From Chloroflexota bacterium (GTDB lineage: Bacteria; Chloroflexota; Limnocylindria; Limnocylindrales; CSP1-4), in assembly GCA_947475545.1 (NCBI GenBank), contig CANJLL010000001.1, positions 755,734-819,733 on the forward strand: 64,000 nucleotides of DNA. Direction: 5' to 3'. A model generated the notes under the pieces. The model saw only the letters and a program-made list of their open reading frames with translations. It did no database searches and had not been told where the DNA came from. Shown here piece after piece: positions 38,062 to 47,773 of this stretch (position 1 is the first letter of the stretch; each line of letters opens with the position of its first letter). A program made the translations under genes and the position numbers.

Positions 38062-40460
38062 GCCTGGCCTCCCTTCGCGGTCTGGATCGCGCGCCAGACG
38101 GTCTGTGGCGTGTACGGCATGTCGAGGTGACGGACCCCGAGCGGGCCCAGCGCGTCCACCACGGCATTGGCCACCGCTGCGGTGCTGGCGATGGCGCCAG
38201 CCTCACCGACGCCCTTGACCCCGATGGGGTTGACCGGCGACGGCGTGACGGTCTCGTCGAGCTCGAACGACGGCAGCCAGGCGGCCCGGGGCAGCGCGTA
38301 GTCCAGCAGCGAGCCGGACAACAGCTGGCCCTGGTCGTCGTAGACGGCGCCCTCCCAAAGCGCCTGGCCGACGCCCTGGGCGATCCCGCCGTGGAGCTGG
38401 CCGTCCACGATCATCGGGTTGATCTTGTTGCCGACGTCGTCCACGGCGACGTAGCGGACCAGGTCGACATGCCCGGTCTCCTCGTCGATCTCGACGATGG
38501 CGATGTGCGTCCCGAACGGCCACGTGCAGTTCGTCGGGTCGTAGTACGCCGTCTCGTCGAGGTACGGCTCCATGCCCACGGGGGTATCGAACGCAAGGTC
38601 AAGCGCGAAAGCGATCTCCTGGAGGGTCTTCACCTTGTCCGGGCTGCCCCGCACGCTGTAGTTGGCGCCGTCGATCTCGATATCCTCGGGCGCCGCCTCG
38701 AGCATGTGCGCGGCGTAGCGCCTCGCCTTCTCCCGGATCTTGCCCGCGGCCTTGATCGCCGCCGTGCTCCCGACCGACGAAGTCCGGCTGCCGTACGACC
38801 CGTAGCCGAACGGCGTCCCCTGGGTGTCCGAGTGCTGGACGATGACGTCGTCCACCGGCACGCCCAGCTCGTGGCTGATGACCTGCGAGTAGGTCGTCTC
38901 GTGACCCTGTCCCTGCGGGGAGGTCCCGATGGTGAGGACGACCTTCCCGGTCAGGTGGACGCGGATGTTGGACGACTCCCACATCGCGGCACCCCAGCCT
39001 TCGCCGACCGCACCGATCCACTTGCTGGGCGCGACGCCGCAGACCTCGAGATAGGTGCTCAGGCCGAGGCCCAGGTACTTGCCGCGCAGGCGGGCATCGG
39101 CCTTCCGGGCGGCCAGGTCCTCGTAGCCGACCATGGCGAGGGCCTTGTCGAGCGCCGGCTCGTAATTGCCGGAGTCGATGTAGATCTTCGCGCCGCCGGA
39201 CGCGGTCCCGAGGCCCGACGGGTTGTCGTAGGGGAAGGCGTTGGGGGCGATGAAGTTGCGGCGCCGGATCTCCGCGCGGTCCATGCCGATCTCGCGGGCG
39301 AACAGGTCCATCGCCCGTTCGATCACGTAGGTCGCCTCGGGTCGGCCGGCGCCCCGGTAGGCGTCCACGAACGTCGTGTTCGTGTAGACGCCGGTCACCT
39401 CGGCCTACACGTTGGGGATCTTGTAGCAGCCGCTCAGGACCCTGGCGTATAGCGTTGTGGGGATGCCCGGGCCGATGGTGGACAGCCGCCCGCCGAGATT
39501 GGCCAGCGTCTTGACCCGCAGCCCGGTGATCTCGCCGTCACGCTTGCCGGCGATCTCGAGGTACGTAATGTGATCGCGCCCGTGGATCGTGGACTGGTAG
39601 TTCTCGCGCCGACCCTCGATCCACTTGACCGGGCGCCCACCGATCCGCTTGGAGGCCAGCAGGACCAGGGCATAGTCGGCGTAGCAGAAGATCTTGGTTC
39701 CAAAGGCGCCGCCGACATCCGGCGCGATGCAGCGGAGCTTGTGCTCCGGGATGCCCATCGTGAAGATGCCGACCAGCAAACGCTGGATGTGCGGCGTCTG
39801 GCTGGACATCCAGAGGGTGTACTCCTCGGTGCCCGGGTTGTACCAGCCGATGTCGCCGCGCGTCTCCATCGGGTTGGGGATCAGGCGCTGGTTCACGAGT
39901 CGCTGGCGGACCACGACCTCGGCCGTATCGATGGCCGCCTCGGTGCCGGCCTTGTCGCCGACGCTCCACTCGAAGACGACGTTGTTCGGGGCGTTCTCGT
40001 GGAGCTGCGGCGCGCCCGCGGCGACGGCCTTCTCCGCGTCCACGACCGCCGGCAACGGCTCGTAATCCACGACGATCTCGGCCAGGGCATCGAACGCCTG
40101 GGCCGGGGTCTCCGCGACGACCGCGGCGACGCCCTCGCCGGTCCACTTGACCCCATCGGTGGCCAGAATCCGCGGCGAGTTCACGTTGTTCCTGAGGCCG
40201 GCCGAGCCGCCCGCCGGCCAGACCATCGGCAAGGGGTTGTACGGGACGTCCGCGCCGACAATCACGTGGATGACGCCCGGCATGGCCCTGGCGGCCGTGA
40301 CGTCAACGGAGCGGATATTGGCGTGGGCATATGGGCTGCGCAGGATGGCCATGTGGGCCATCGACGGCAGCTTGATGTCATCGATGTAGTTGCCCGCACC
40401 GGTGATGAACCGGGGATCCTCGCGGCGCTTGATGGAAGCGCCGAGTGCGTCGATCGCCAT
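38058..40460 (-). pseudogene. Xanthine dehydrogenase-family molybdopterin large subunit interrupted by one in-frame TAG (complement 39405..39407); may instead be a naturally split gene
   Basis: The N-terminal part (351 aa: MAIDALGASIKRREDPRF...GCYKIPNV) and C-terminal part (446 aa: GVYTNTTFVDAYRGAGRPEA...GVGEAG) are contiguous in one frame. A single amber codon separates them. A GTG lies 2 codons after it. Confidence 0.75.
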
Positions 40461-40472
40461 CGAAGCCTCCCC

Positions 40473-40973
40473 CTACCCGACGATGCCGGAGTCGGATGCC
40501 GACCCGGTGTGCATGGTCACGGCGGCCTCACGGATGGCCGCGACGATGTTGTGATAGCCCGTGCAGCGGCACAGGTTGCCGTGAATCGCGTGGCGAATCT
40601 GCTGGTCGCTGGGATCCGGGACGCGGGCCAGCAGGTCTGCGGCGGACATGATCATGCCGGGCGTGCAAAAGCCGCACTGGAGGCCATGCTTCTCCCAGAA
40701 CGCAGCCTGGATCGGATGGAGCTCGCCTCCGGCCGCCAGTCCCTCGATCGTCGTCACGGTGGCGCCGTCCGCCTGCACGGCCAGGACCGTGCACGACTTC
40801 ACCGACTGGCCGTCCATGTGGACCGTGCATGCGCCGCACTGTGAGGTGTCACAGGCGACGTGGGTGCCGGTCAGGCCAAAGTCTTCGCGCAGGACCTCGA
40901 CCAGCAACCGCCGCGGCTCGACGTCGACCTCCCGGCGCTGGCCATTCACCACGAGCGTCACGTGTTCGGCCAC
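40473..40973 (-). CDS. (2Fe-2S)-binding subunit (CoxS-like)
   Basis: [11 protein letters not shown] and CGFCTPG...CRCTGY. Confidence 0.9.
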   Translation of the reverse strand: MAEHVTLVVNGQRREVDVEPRRLLVEVLREDFGLTGTHVACDTSQCGACTVHMDGQSVKSCTVLAVQADGATVTTIEGLAAGGELHPIQAAFWEKHGLQCGFCTPGMIMSAADLLARVPDPSDQQIRHAIHGNLCRCTGYHNIVAAIREAAVTMHTGSASDSGIVG

Positions 40974-41178
40974 GGGCGGACCCCCCTTCTGTGCGGTCGC
41001 CGGCGAGGCGACCTGCGGACCACCACGAGGGCTCGCCAGGAGGTTGCCGGCTTACCGGCACCGAGCGGGCCAGAAGTGCCGCAGATGCTGGCACCGCGAA
41101 GGGGCGCTGGCAAGTGGGTGATGTCGATCCGGCGCAGCGGCCCGCGGCCGACACGGGAGCGGCGGCGCGGACCCGAGG

Positions 41179-42435
41179 TCAGGCCCGCGCGACCTCCTCG
41201 AGCGCCCTTCCGAAGCCGTCCACGATCGCGTCCAGCTCCGCCTCCGTGATCACGAACGCCGGCGACAGCTGGATGGCGTGGCCGCGGATGCTGCGCGTCG
41301 CCACCCCGTGGCGGATGCACGCCGCCGCCACCTTGTCCGCGAGCGCCGGGTCGGCCGCCAGGAGGTCGGGCCGCAAGGCGACCGCGCCCGTCAGGCCCAC
41401 GGTGCGAATCTCGCTCACCAGCGGTGCACCCTCCAGGCGCCGGAGCGCCCGGTCCAGGATCGGCGTCATGGTTCGGACCCGCCCGATCAGGTCCTCGCGC
41501 TCGACGATGTCCAGGTTCGCCAACGCCGCGACGGCAGATGCCGCGTGTCCGCTATACGTGTAGCCGTGCTTGAAGACGCCGCCCGGCACCGGGTTGTCCC
41601 AGAATGGCGCCCGAACGCGTTTGCCCACGAGCACCCCGCCGATCGGGAGGTACCCGGATGAGACGCCCTTGGCGAAGGTCATCATGTCCGGCTGGATCCC
41701 GTACGCGATGCTGCCGAACCACTCACCCATTCGGCCAAACCCGCAGATGACCTCGTCGGCGATGAGCAGGATGTCGTGCTCGCGGCAGAGGCGGTTCACC
41801 TCCGCCCAGTAATGCGGCTCCGGGGCGATGACCCCGCCGGCCCCGATGACCGGTTCGCCGATGAACGCGGCAATCTCGTGGCCACGCTGCTCGAAGAGCG
41901 CGCCCAGGCCCTCCGTGTCACCGACGCCGACGTGGATCACCTCGTCGATGAAGGCGCCGCCGTAGCCCGCCTTGTTGCCGGGGATGCCCGCCAGCGACGT
42001 GCCCCAGCCGTGCATCCCGTGGTAGCCGTGCTCACGGGAGACGATGACCCGCTTCCCGGGCTTGCCGAGGAGGTCCCAGTAGCGGCGCGCCAGCTTGGCG
42101 GCCGTGTCCACCGCGTCGGAACCGCCGGCGCCGAAGAAGACGACCGTGTCCTCCATCGGCGAGAGGGCCGCCAGGCGGTCGGCAAGCTGGATGGTGGCTT
42201 CGGTGGCGAACGCCCCGAAGTTGGAGTAGGCGTGGAGCTGCGTCAGCTGGGCTGCGACGCGGTCGGCGATCTCCTGGCGCCCGTACCCAACGTTGCAGTA
42301 CCAGAGGGATGCGGTGGCATCCAGGTAGTCGCGGCCGTGCACGTCGGTGATGACGACGCCCTTGCCGGAGCGGATGATCAGCTCGGCGTTCGCCACGCTG
42401 TGCATGTCGGCGAACGGATGCCAGAGCGAGCCCAT
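41179..42435 (-). CDS. Class III (omega) aminotransferase, PLP-dependent
   Basis: Aspartate-aminotransferase-fold class III motifs with the FAKGVSSGYLP lysine region. ATG preceded by AGGAGG with a 5-nt spacer. Confidence 0.85.
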   Translation of the reverse strand: MGSLWHPFADMHSVANAELIIRSGKGVVITDVHGRDYLDATASLWYCNVGYGRQEIADRVAAQLTQLHAYSNFGAFATEATIQLADRLAALSPMEDTVVFFGAGGSDAVDTAAKLARRYWDLLGKPGKRVIVSREHGYHGMHGWGTSLAGIPGNKAGYGGAFIDEVIHVGVGDTEGLGALFEQRGHEIAAFIGEPVIGAGGVIAPEPHYWAEVNRLCREHDILLIADEVICGFGRMGEWFGSIAYGIQPDMMTFAKGVSSGYLPIGGVLVGKRVRAPFWDNPVPGGVFKHGYTYSGHAASAVAALANLDIVEREDLIGRVRTMTPILDRALRRLEGAPLVSEIRTVGLTGAVALRPDLLAADPALADKVAAACIRHGVATRSIRGHAIQLSPAFVITEAELDAIVDGFGRALEEVARA

Positions 42436-42564
42436 CGACACCTCCTGGACGCGACTCACGGGGCGCTCGACCTGTGGGCGGTGGCCGCGTTCTCCAGAGC
42501 GATGGTAGCGAGCCGGACGGGCGCCGTGGCGGGCGGCCGACAGGTCCACCCCCGGGCGGGAGGA

Positions 42565-43878
42565 CTACCCGCCGAGCCGCACCCGTTCTGCCAGCGCCAT
42601 CGGGGCGCTGACCGTCCCGCCGTTCTGGCCGGGATTCGGCGTGCGGACCGGGCTGGCCCAGCGGGCCTGGCCGCCCACCATCCCGGCCACCATCAGGATC
42701 ACCAGGAGCGCGATCCCGATCAGGGGCACGAGCCGGCGCTGGAGCGGGCTCTCCGGCTCGCCGGCGCCCACCCACATGGAGGCCAGGGTTGGGACCTTGC
42801 CGGGCCGAACCACGAAGCCCAGCCATGCCCCCGTGACAAGCCCGCCCAGGTGCGCCAGGTTGTCGATCCCCGGGATCATGAAGCCCAGGACCAGGTTGAT
42901 CAGCACGATGCTGCCCAGTTGCGCCACCACCATGCGCGCCTGCCGGTCCAGGACCGGCCGATGCGTGCGGTTGGCCGCAATCAGCACGCCGAACAACCCG
43001 AAGATGGCCCCGGATGCGCCCACCGCGAGCCGACCGGACCCCAGCATGTAGCTGGCGATCGAACCGCCCAGGGCGCACAGCAGGTAGAGGACCAGGAACC
43101 ACTTCCAGCCGTACTGGCGCTCCACCACCGGGCCCACCAGGTAGAGGGCGTACATATTGAACCCCAGGTGGAGCAAGCCGGCATGGAGCAGCGTGACGCT
43201 CAGGAGCCGCCACCACTCCCCGGCCGCCACCGCGACCTTGTCCAACTGGAGGCCCTGGTCAATGGCGTTGCCCGGGGCGTACATGGCGATCAGCGAGACG
43301 GCGACCGTGATCCCGATGACCGCCCGCGCCGCGGAGACGGCCGGCCCGTCGCCCCGGGACCGGGCGAAATAGCGGCCGGCAGCGCGGCGGTCGCCGGTCT
43401 CCTTGGCCAGCCAGCCCAGGCGTGACGCGATCTCCGCGCGATCCTCGGCTGGGGCCCGGCGGTCCGCCTGACGGTAGGCCTCGATGGCGCCGGTCAGGTC
43501 CTTGTCCCGCACCCGGGCGGATGCCAGCCGCCGCCAGGCCTGGTAGGTGGACGGCGATTCCGCAAGGCGGGGAATGGACTCCCACGTCTGGATGGCGCCG
43601 GCATCCTGGTCGAGGCGGTACAGCGAGTCCCCGAGGCCCAGCAGGGCCTGTGCGGTGATGACGTGATCGTCGAAGCCGACGACACGCTGGTAGTGGGCCG
43701 CCGCGGGGCCGAAATCTCCGTCCGCCAGCAGGGCGTCGGCGCGCGCCAGCAGGGCGAGCGCCGTGGGGCGATCCAGCGGGCCGGTGGGAATGGCCTGGGA
43801 TGCCGGACCCGAGGGCGCGGCCGGAATTGACGGCGGGGTCAAAGCCGCCTGGGCGGCGACGGGGTCGTTGGCGTCCAT
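42565..43878 (-). CDS. Rhomboid-family intramembrane serine protease with N-terminal TPR-like soluble domain
   Basis: Rhomboid GxSG (VGASGAIFGL) and LHLGFNMYAL helices, plus a C-terminal His region. N-terminal ~190 aa are TPR-like. Confidence 0.75.
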   Translation of the reverse strand: MDANDPVAAQAALTPPSIPAAPSGPASQAIPTGPLDRPTALALLARADALLADGDFGPAAAHYQRVVGFDDHVITAQALLGLGDSLYRLDQDAGAIQTWESIPRLAESPSTYQAWRRLASARVRDKDLTGAIEAYRQADRRAPAEDRAEIASRLGWLAKETGDRRAAGRYFARSRGDGPAVSAARAVIGITVAVSLIAMYAPGNAIDQGLQLDKVAVAAGEWWRLLSVTLLHAGLLHLGFNMYALYLVGPVVERQYGWKWFLVLYLLCALGGSIASYMLGSGRLAVGASGAIFGLFGVLIAANRTHRPVLDRQARMVVAQLGSIVLINLVLGFMIPGIDNLAHLGGLVTGAWLGFVVRPGKVPTLASMWVGAGEPESPLQRRLVPLIGIALLVILMVAGMVGGQARWASPVRTPNPGQNGGTVSAPMALAERVRLGG

Positions 43879-43906
43879 TCCGGGCGACGATACTAGACTT
43901 CGGGGC

Positions 43907-44626
43907 ATGTGCGGACGGTTCACCCAGCAACGCCCCGCCTCGGACCTCGCCGAGATCTTCGACGCCGAGGATCGCATCGGCGCGCCCGGTGGCCACTTCA
44001 ACATCGCGCCCACCAACGAGGCGGCCGTGGTCGTGCAGCGCGATGAGCGGCGCGCCATCGCCGCCTACCGCTGGGGGCTGATCCCCCACTGGGCCAAGGA
44101 CGCGAAGATCGGCAACCGGATGTTCAACGCGCGGGCCGAGACGGTGGCCATCAGCCCCGCCTTCCGCGATGCGTTCCGCCGCCGCCGGTGCATCGTGCCG
44201 GTCGATTCGTTCTACGAGTGGCGGCGGGACGGGAAGGTGCGCCAGCCGTTTCGCATCGTCCGGACCGACGGGCGGCCGCTCGCCGTCGCCGGGCTCTGGG
44301 CCGCCTGGAAGGAACCCTCGACCGAGGCGGTCGTTCGAACGTTCACGATCATCACCGGCGAGCCGATCGACGGAGTCCGCGAGATCCACGACCGGATGCC
44401 CATCGTGCTCCACGAGGATGCCTGGCCGCTCTGGCTTGACCCGGCGCTTGGCGACCCAGGGGAGCTGCAGGCCATGCTGACGCCGTTCGAGGGCCTGGAC
44501 CTCGACATCTACCCGGTCGGGTCGAAGGTCAACAACGTCCGCTTCGACGGGCCCGAGCTGATCGAGCCGGTGGTGCTGGCGGCCGGCCCGCCGCCGTCCG
44601 CCGAAGGGCGGCTCCTCCTGGGCTGA
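43907..44626 (+). CDS. SOS-response-associated peptidase (SRAP/YedK/HMCES family)
   Basis: Hallmark N-terminus MCGRF with Cys2 nucleophile. ~240 aa. Confidence 0.85.
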   Translation: MCGRFTQQRPASDLAEIFDAEDRIGAPGGHFNIAPTNEAAVVVQRDERRAIAAYRWGLIPHWAKDAKIGNRMFNARAETVAISPAFRDAFRRRRCIVPVDSFYEWRRDGKVRQPFRIVRTDGRPLAVAGLWAAWKEPSTEAVVRTFTIITGEPIDGVREIHDRMPIVLHEDAWPLWLDPALGDPGELQAMLTPFEGLDLDIYPVGSKVNNVRFDGPELIEPVVLAAGPPPSAEGRLLLG

Positions 44627-44627
44627 C

Positions 44628-45358
44628 TCAGGCCCGCTGGGCACCGATGCGACGGGTGGCGGCGGCCCAGGCCTCGGCCGGTGCCTTGCCGGCGTCCAAT
44701 GCGACCGCGTACTCGGCGACCAGGGTGGTGAAGATGCCGTCCGCATCAGTGGTGGGGGCCGACAGGATGGTGGCATTCTGGGGCGCGCCCTCGGCGAGGA
44801 GCGCCTCCGGGTCGCCGATGATCACCAGCGCGGCCCCGGCAAATGCGGCACCGTCTGCCGCGGCGGCGACGAGGCCCGACGCGGCCGGATCGGCGAGCAC
44901 GACGACCGAAAGGTCCGTCAGGTAGCGGAGCGCCAGCTCCAGGTCGCCGGGCTCCAGCGCCAGGCCAGTCGCATCCAGCTCCAGGTCCGCGCGGGCGGCG
45001 TCGTCGCCATCCTCGGCCTCGGCCTCCGCCTCGATGGCATCGAGCCACTCGTCGTCCGCATCGTCCATGTCGGCGGACCGGGCCGCGACGGGCTCGGGGG
45101 CGATCACGGGCGTGGGCCGCGATGGATCACGGAGGATCGCGGCGTGGCCAACCGAGGCGCGCGTCAGCGCGAAGAGGGTCGCATCGCCGACCGGATCATC
45201 GCCCAGTTTGGCGATCAGCTCCACGCGGGACCCATCGGCGGCCGCGGCGACCGCGATCCGACCGGCCAGGCCACCGACGCCGACCCGGGTGCCCTCCGTC
45301 CCGGTTGCCATCGTTTCCTGGTCCGCTACCGCGAGGAGCCGCCCGATCACAGCAATCA
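44628..45358 (-). CDS. Hypothetical protein with an acidic Asp/Glu-rich insert
   Basis: ORF with plausible composition from MIAVIGRLLAV. No confident family; weak PfkB-like hints only. Confidence 0.4.
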
Positions 45359-45439
45359 TGGGCTGGAGCGTAGCGGTTTCCACGGCCAGCCGCCCCGCGA
45401 CCAAGGGCGGGGCGGGCACCACCCGAGGCCCGCAGTCCG

Positions 45440-46300
45440 CTAGGGCGTGGCCCCAGGGCTCGTCGTCGGGTTCGCGCTCGATCCGCCACCACCCCCGCCG
45501 CCGCTGTTCGGGCTGGTGGCCCTGGGCGTGCCGATCGGCGTCGCCGTCGGTGATGGCTTGGGCACGTGGCTGCCGTCGGGTGACGCCAATGGCGAGGGCG
45601 AAGCCGTCTGACCAGGGCCGAGCCTGGGATCGTCCGACCCGCGCCCGCGGCGGTCGTCCGTCGCGGCCGGGAGTCCGCTGGCATCGGGGGCCGTGGTCTC
45701 GCCCGGTCCCGCGGAGGACGCAGGCTCGACGGACGCGCCGGGTGCGCGGGTCTCGCCCGGGGCCAGTGACCGACCCGGAACCAGGGTGCTCCCGGGGACC
45801 GCCGCCGGCTGCGAGGCCACGGGCGCCGGCGTGGAGGTTCCGTCCGGCGAGAGGAGCGACGCGGTGCCGACCACGGCGACGCTGGCCGCGGAACCCAGCA
45901 CCGCAAGGGCGACGAAGACATAGGCGAGGGCCCCAGCACGCCCGACCAGCGAGCGGCCCGGACCAAAGGCGACACACCATGCGTCGCGGAAGGCGGCGAG
46001 GCCGGCCGAAACGATACCCAGCCCGGCTGTCTTGCCGGCAACCACCGCCGCCGATCGCGGCGCCGGCTCGCGCTCGATCGCGACCATCACGCGCGCCACG
46101 AAGTCGGGATCCGCCGCGCCCGTGCCTCCACCGGCGAGTCCGAACTCCTCGACCGGGCTCCCGTCCCTGGCAACGGCGGAGCTCAGCTCCCGCGCCATCG
46201 CCCAGGCATGACCCAGCTCGGCGTTGGACGGATCGGGTCCGTCTCCGCCGCGGAGCTCGTCAGGATCGAAGCCAGGCCGAAGGCCCCCGGGGCCGCTCAC
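45440..46300 (-). CDS. Anti-sigma factor (single-pass membrane protein with Pro/Ser/Thr/Gly-rich extracytoplasmic tail)
   Basis: Overlaps the sigma gene stop. Central TM segment ALAYVFVALAVLGSAASVAVVG. Low-complexity C-terminus ending in a Gly run. Confidence 0.6.
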   Translation of the reverse strand: MSGPGGLRPGFDPDELRGGDGPDPSNAELGHAWAMARELSSAVARDGSPVEEFGLAGGGTGAADPDFVARVMVAIEREPAPRSAAVVAGKTAGLGIVSAGLAAFRDAWCVAFGPGRSLVGRAGALAYVFVALAVLGSAASVAVVGTASLLSPDGTSTPAPVASQPAAVPGSTLVPGRSLAPGETRAPGASVEPASSAGPGETTAPDASGLPAATDDRRGRGSDDPRLGPGQTASPSPLASPDGSHVPKPSPTATPIGTPRATSPNSGGGGGGGSSANPTTSPGATP

Positions 46301-46932
46301 AGGTGATCTCCTTTTTCGAGGCGCTCACGAAGTCGCAGCAGGCCGCGGCGAAGGTGAGTCTTGACGGTTGCGAGCGGGCGGCCGGTCTCGGCCGCGATCT
46401 CGTTGAGGGAGCGTTCCGCGAAGAAGCGGAGGGCGACGGTCTCGCGATACGGCTCGTCCAGGCGACTGACCGCCAGGCGGATGGCGGCGGTTCGCTCGGT
46501 CTGGATGAGGTTGATGGCCGGATCGGCGGCAGACCGGCTGCCCCCGAAGCCTACGACCGCCTCGGCGCCCGACTGGGTTTCCCCCATCGGCTCGGGCGAG
46601 GTCCACGTGACCTCACGGCGGCGCTTTGCGCGGCGAATGGCGTCGCGGACGGCGATCCGCGAGAGCCAGGCCCCGAAAGGCCCGTCGCCGCGCCACGTCC
46701 CGAGGGACCGGTAGGCGATCACAAAGGCCTCCTGGGCGACGTCCTCGGCCTCGTGCAGGTCCCCGAGGATGCGCTGGCAGGCGCGGATGACCGAGGCCGA
46801 TTCGCGCTCGACCAGCGTGCGGAATGCATCGCGGTCACCCCCCAGGACAGCCCTGACGATCGCGAGATCGTCGGCCTGGGGTCCCGGCGTGCCGGGGGCC
46901 GCTGGCCCGATGGTGGCGGATTGCGTCGCCAC
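46297..46932 (-). CDS. ECF-subfamily RNA polymerase sigma-70 factor
   Basis: Region 2 (FRTLVERESASVIRACQRILGD..EDVAQEAF) and region 4 (ETVALRFFAERSLNEIAAETGRPLATVKTHLRRGL). The start is uncertain. The GTG at 46932 was chosen; the 252-aa track ORF is longer. Confidence 0.8.
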   Translation of the reverse strand: MATQSATIGPAAPGTPGPQADDLAIVRAVLGGDRDAFRTLVERESASVIRACQRILGDLHEAEDVAQEAFVIAYRSLGTWRGDGPFGAWLSRIAVRDAIRRAKRRREVTWTSPEPMGETQSGAEAVVGFGGSRSAADPAINLIQTERTAAIRLAVSRLDEPYRETVALRFFAERSLNEIAAETGRPLATVKTHLRRGLLRLRERLEKGDHL

Positions 46933-47088
46933 CTCGGGCGGCCGGTTCCGTTCGATGGTCGCACTCCCGGTCGACGACGCTGTCCGCCTGGCGGCCGCCA
47001 CGTTCGTGTCGGCTGCCATCATGGGCGAATTCGACGTTGGCCATCGTGCGACCACGGATCCGGATGCGGCTGGGTTGGAGGGGCAGGT

Positions 47089-47611
47089 TCAGGAGGGCGT
47101 CCGCAGGCCGCTTGGCTCAGCGGTGGCCGGAGCCGTCGTTGGAGCCACCACCCGAGCCGCCCGAGCCGGAGTTGGATCCGCTCGAGGTAGATGCGCGGGG
47201 GGATTCGCTGGGCTTCGGGGTCTTGCCGGGCTCAGGTGACCCGCTGGGACGAAGGCCGCCCTTGTCGTCGCCGGCCTCGACGCCCGCGCCGTGATCGTCG
47301 TTCGCCTCGTCCGCGTCGTCCGCGTCCACGCCGTTGTCATCGCCGGCCTCGGCCGCCTCGGACGGTTCCGGCGAGTGGGATGCCTCGGCGCGCTCCGACG
47401 GCTCGGGGCTGTGGTTCGCCTCAATGGCGCCGGCGCCGCCGGGGGCGGCCGAGCCGTCCGGAGCCGCGACCAGCAGCGAGTGCACCAGGCCGGCCGAGGC
47501 CGAGCTGTTCCCGCGGACAATCGCGTCCGCGCCGAGCGCGCCACCGACAATCAGGACGAGGCAGGCTGCGGCGATCCCCAGGCCGCGGATGATCCGAACG
47601 GGACCGATCAT
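47089..47611 (-). CDS. Small acidic low-complexity protein with N-terminal signal-anchor and imperfect tandem repeat
   Basis: N-terminal hydrophobic helix (LGIAAACLVLIVGGALG). Repeated SHSPEPSE(R/A)AEA units. Lies upstream of the ECF sigma on the same strand. Confidence 0.4.
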
Positions 47612-47773
47612 GGCTGTGTGCTCCCTGTGGCAGTGGTCTCGCGGGCCCTGGACTCGGGTGCCCGTCGTGCTGCCTCTGCCAACCTGAGTCAGCTTCCCGC
47701 GAGGAAGTTTCAGGTTCGGCCAGGAATCTCTAACCGGTTTGCAACACCGCTTTGCTCGAACGGTTGTCGGCCG

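Noticed and set aside
39396-39407. Treating the amber-interrupted large subunit as two ordinary independent genes in the feature table.
   Set aside because: The frames are contiguous, and the break falls mid-protein relative to the paralogs. It is reported as an interrupted gene, with the natural-split alternative noted.
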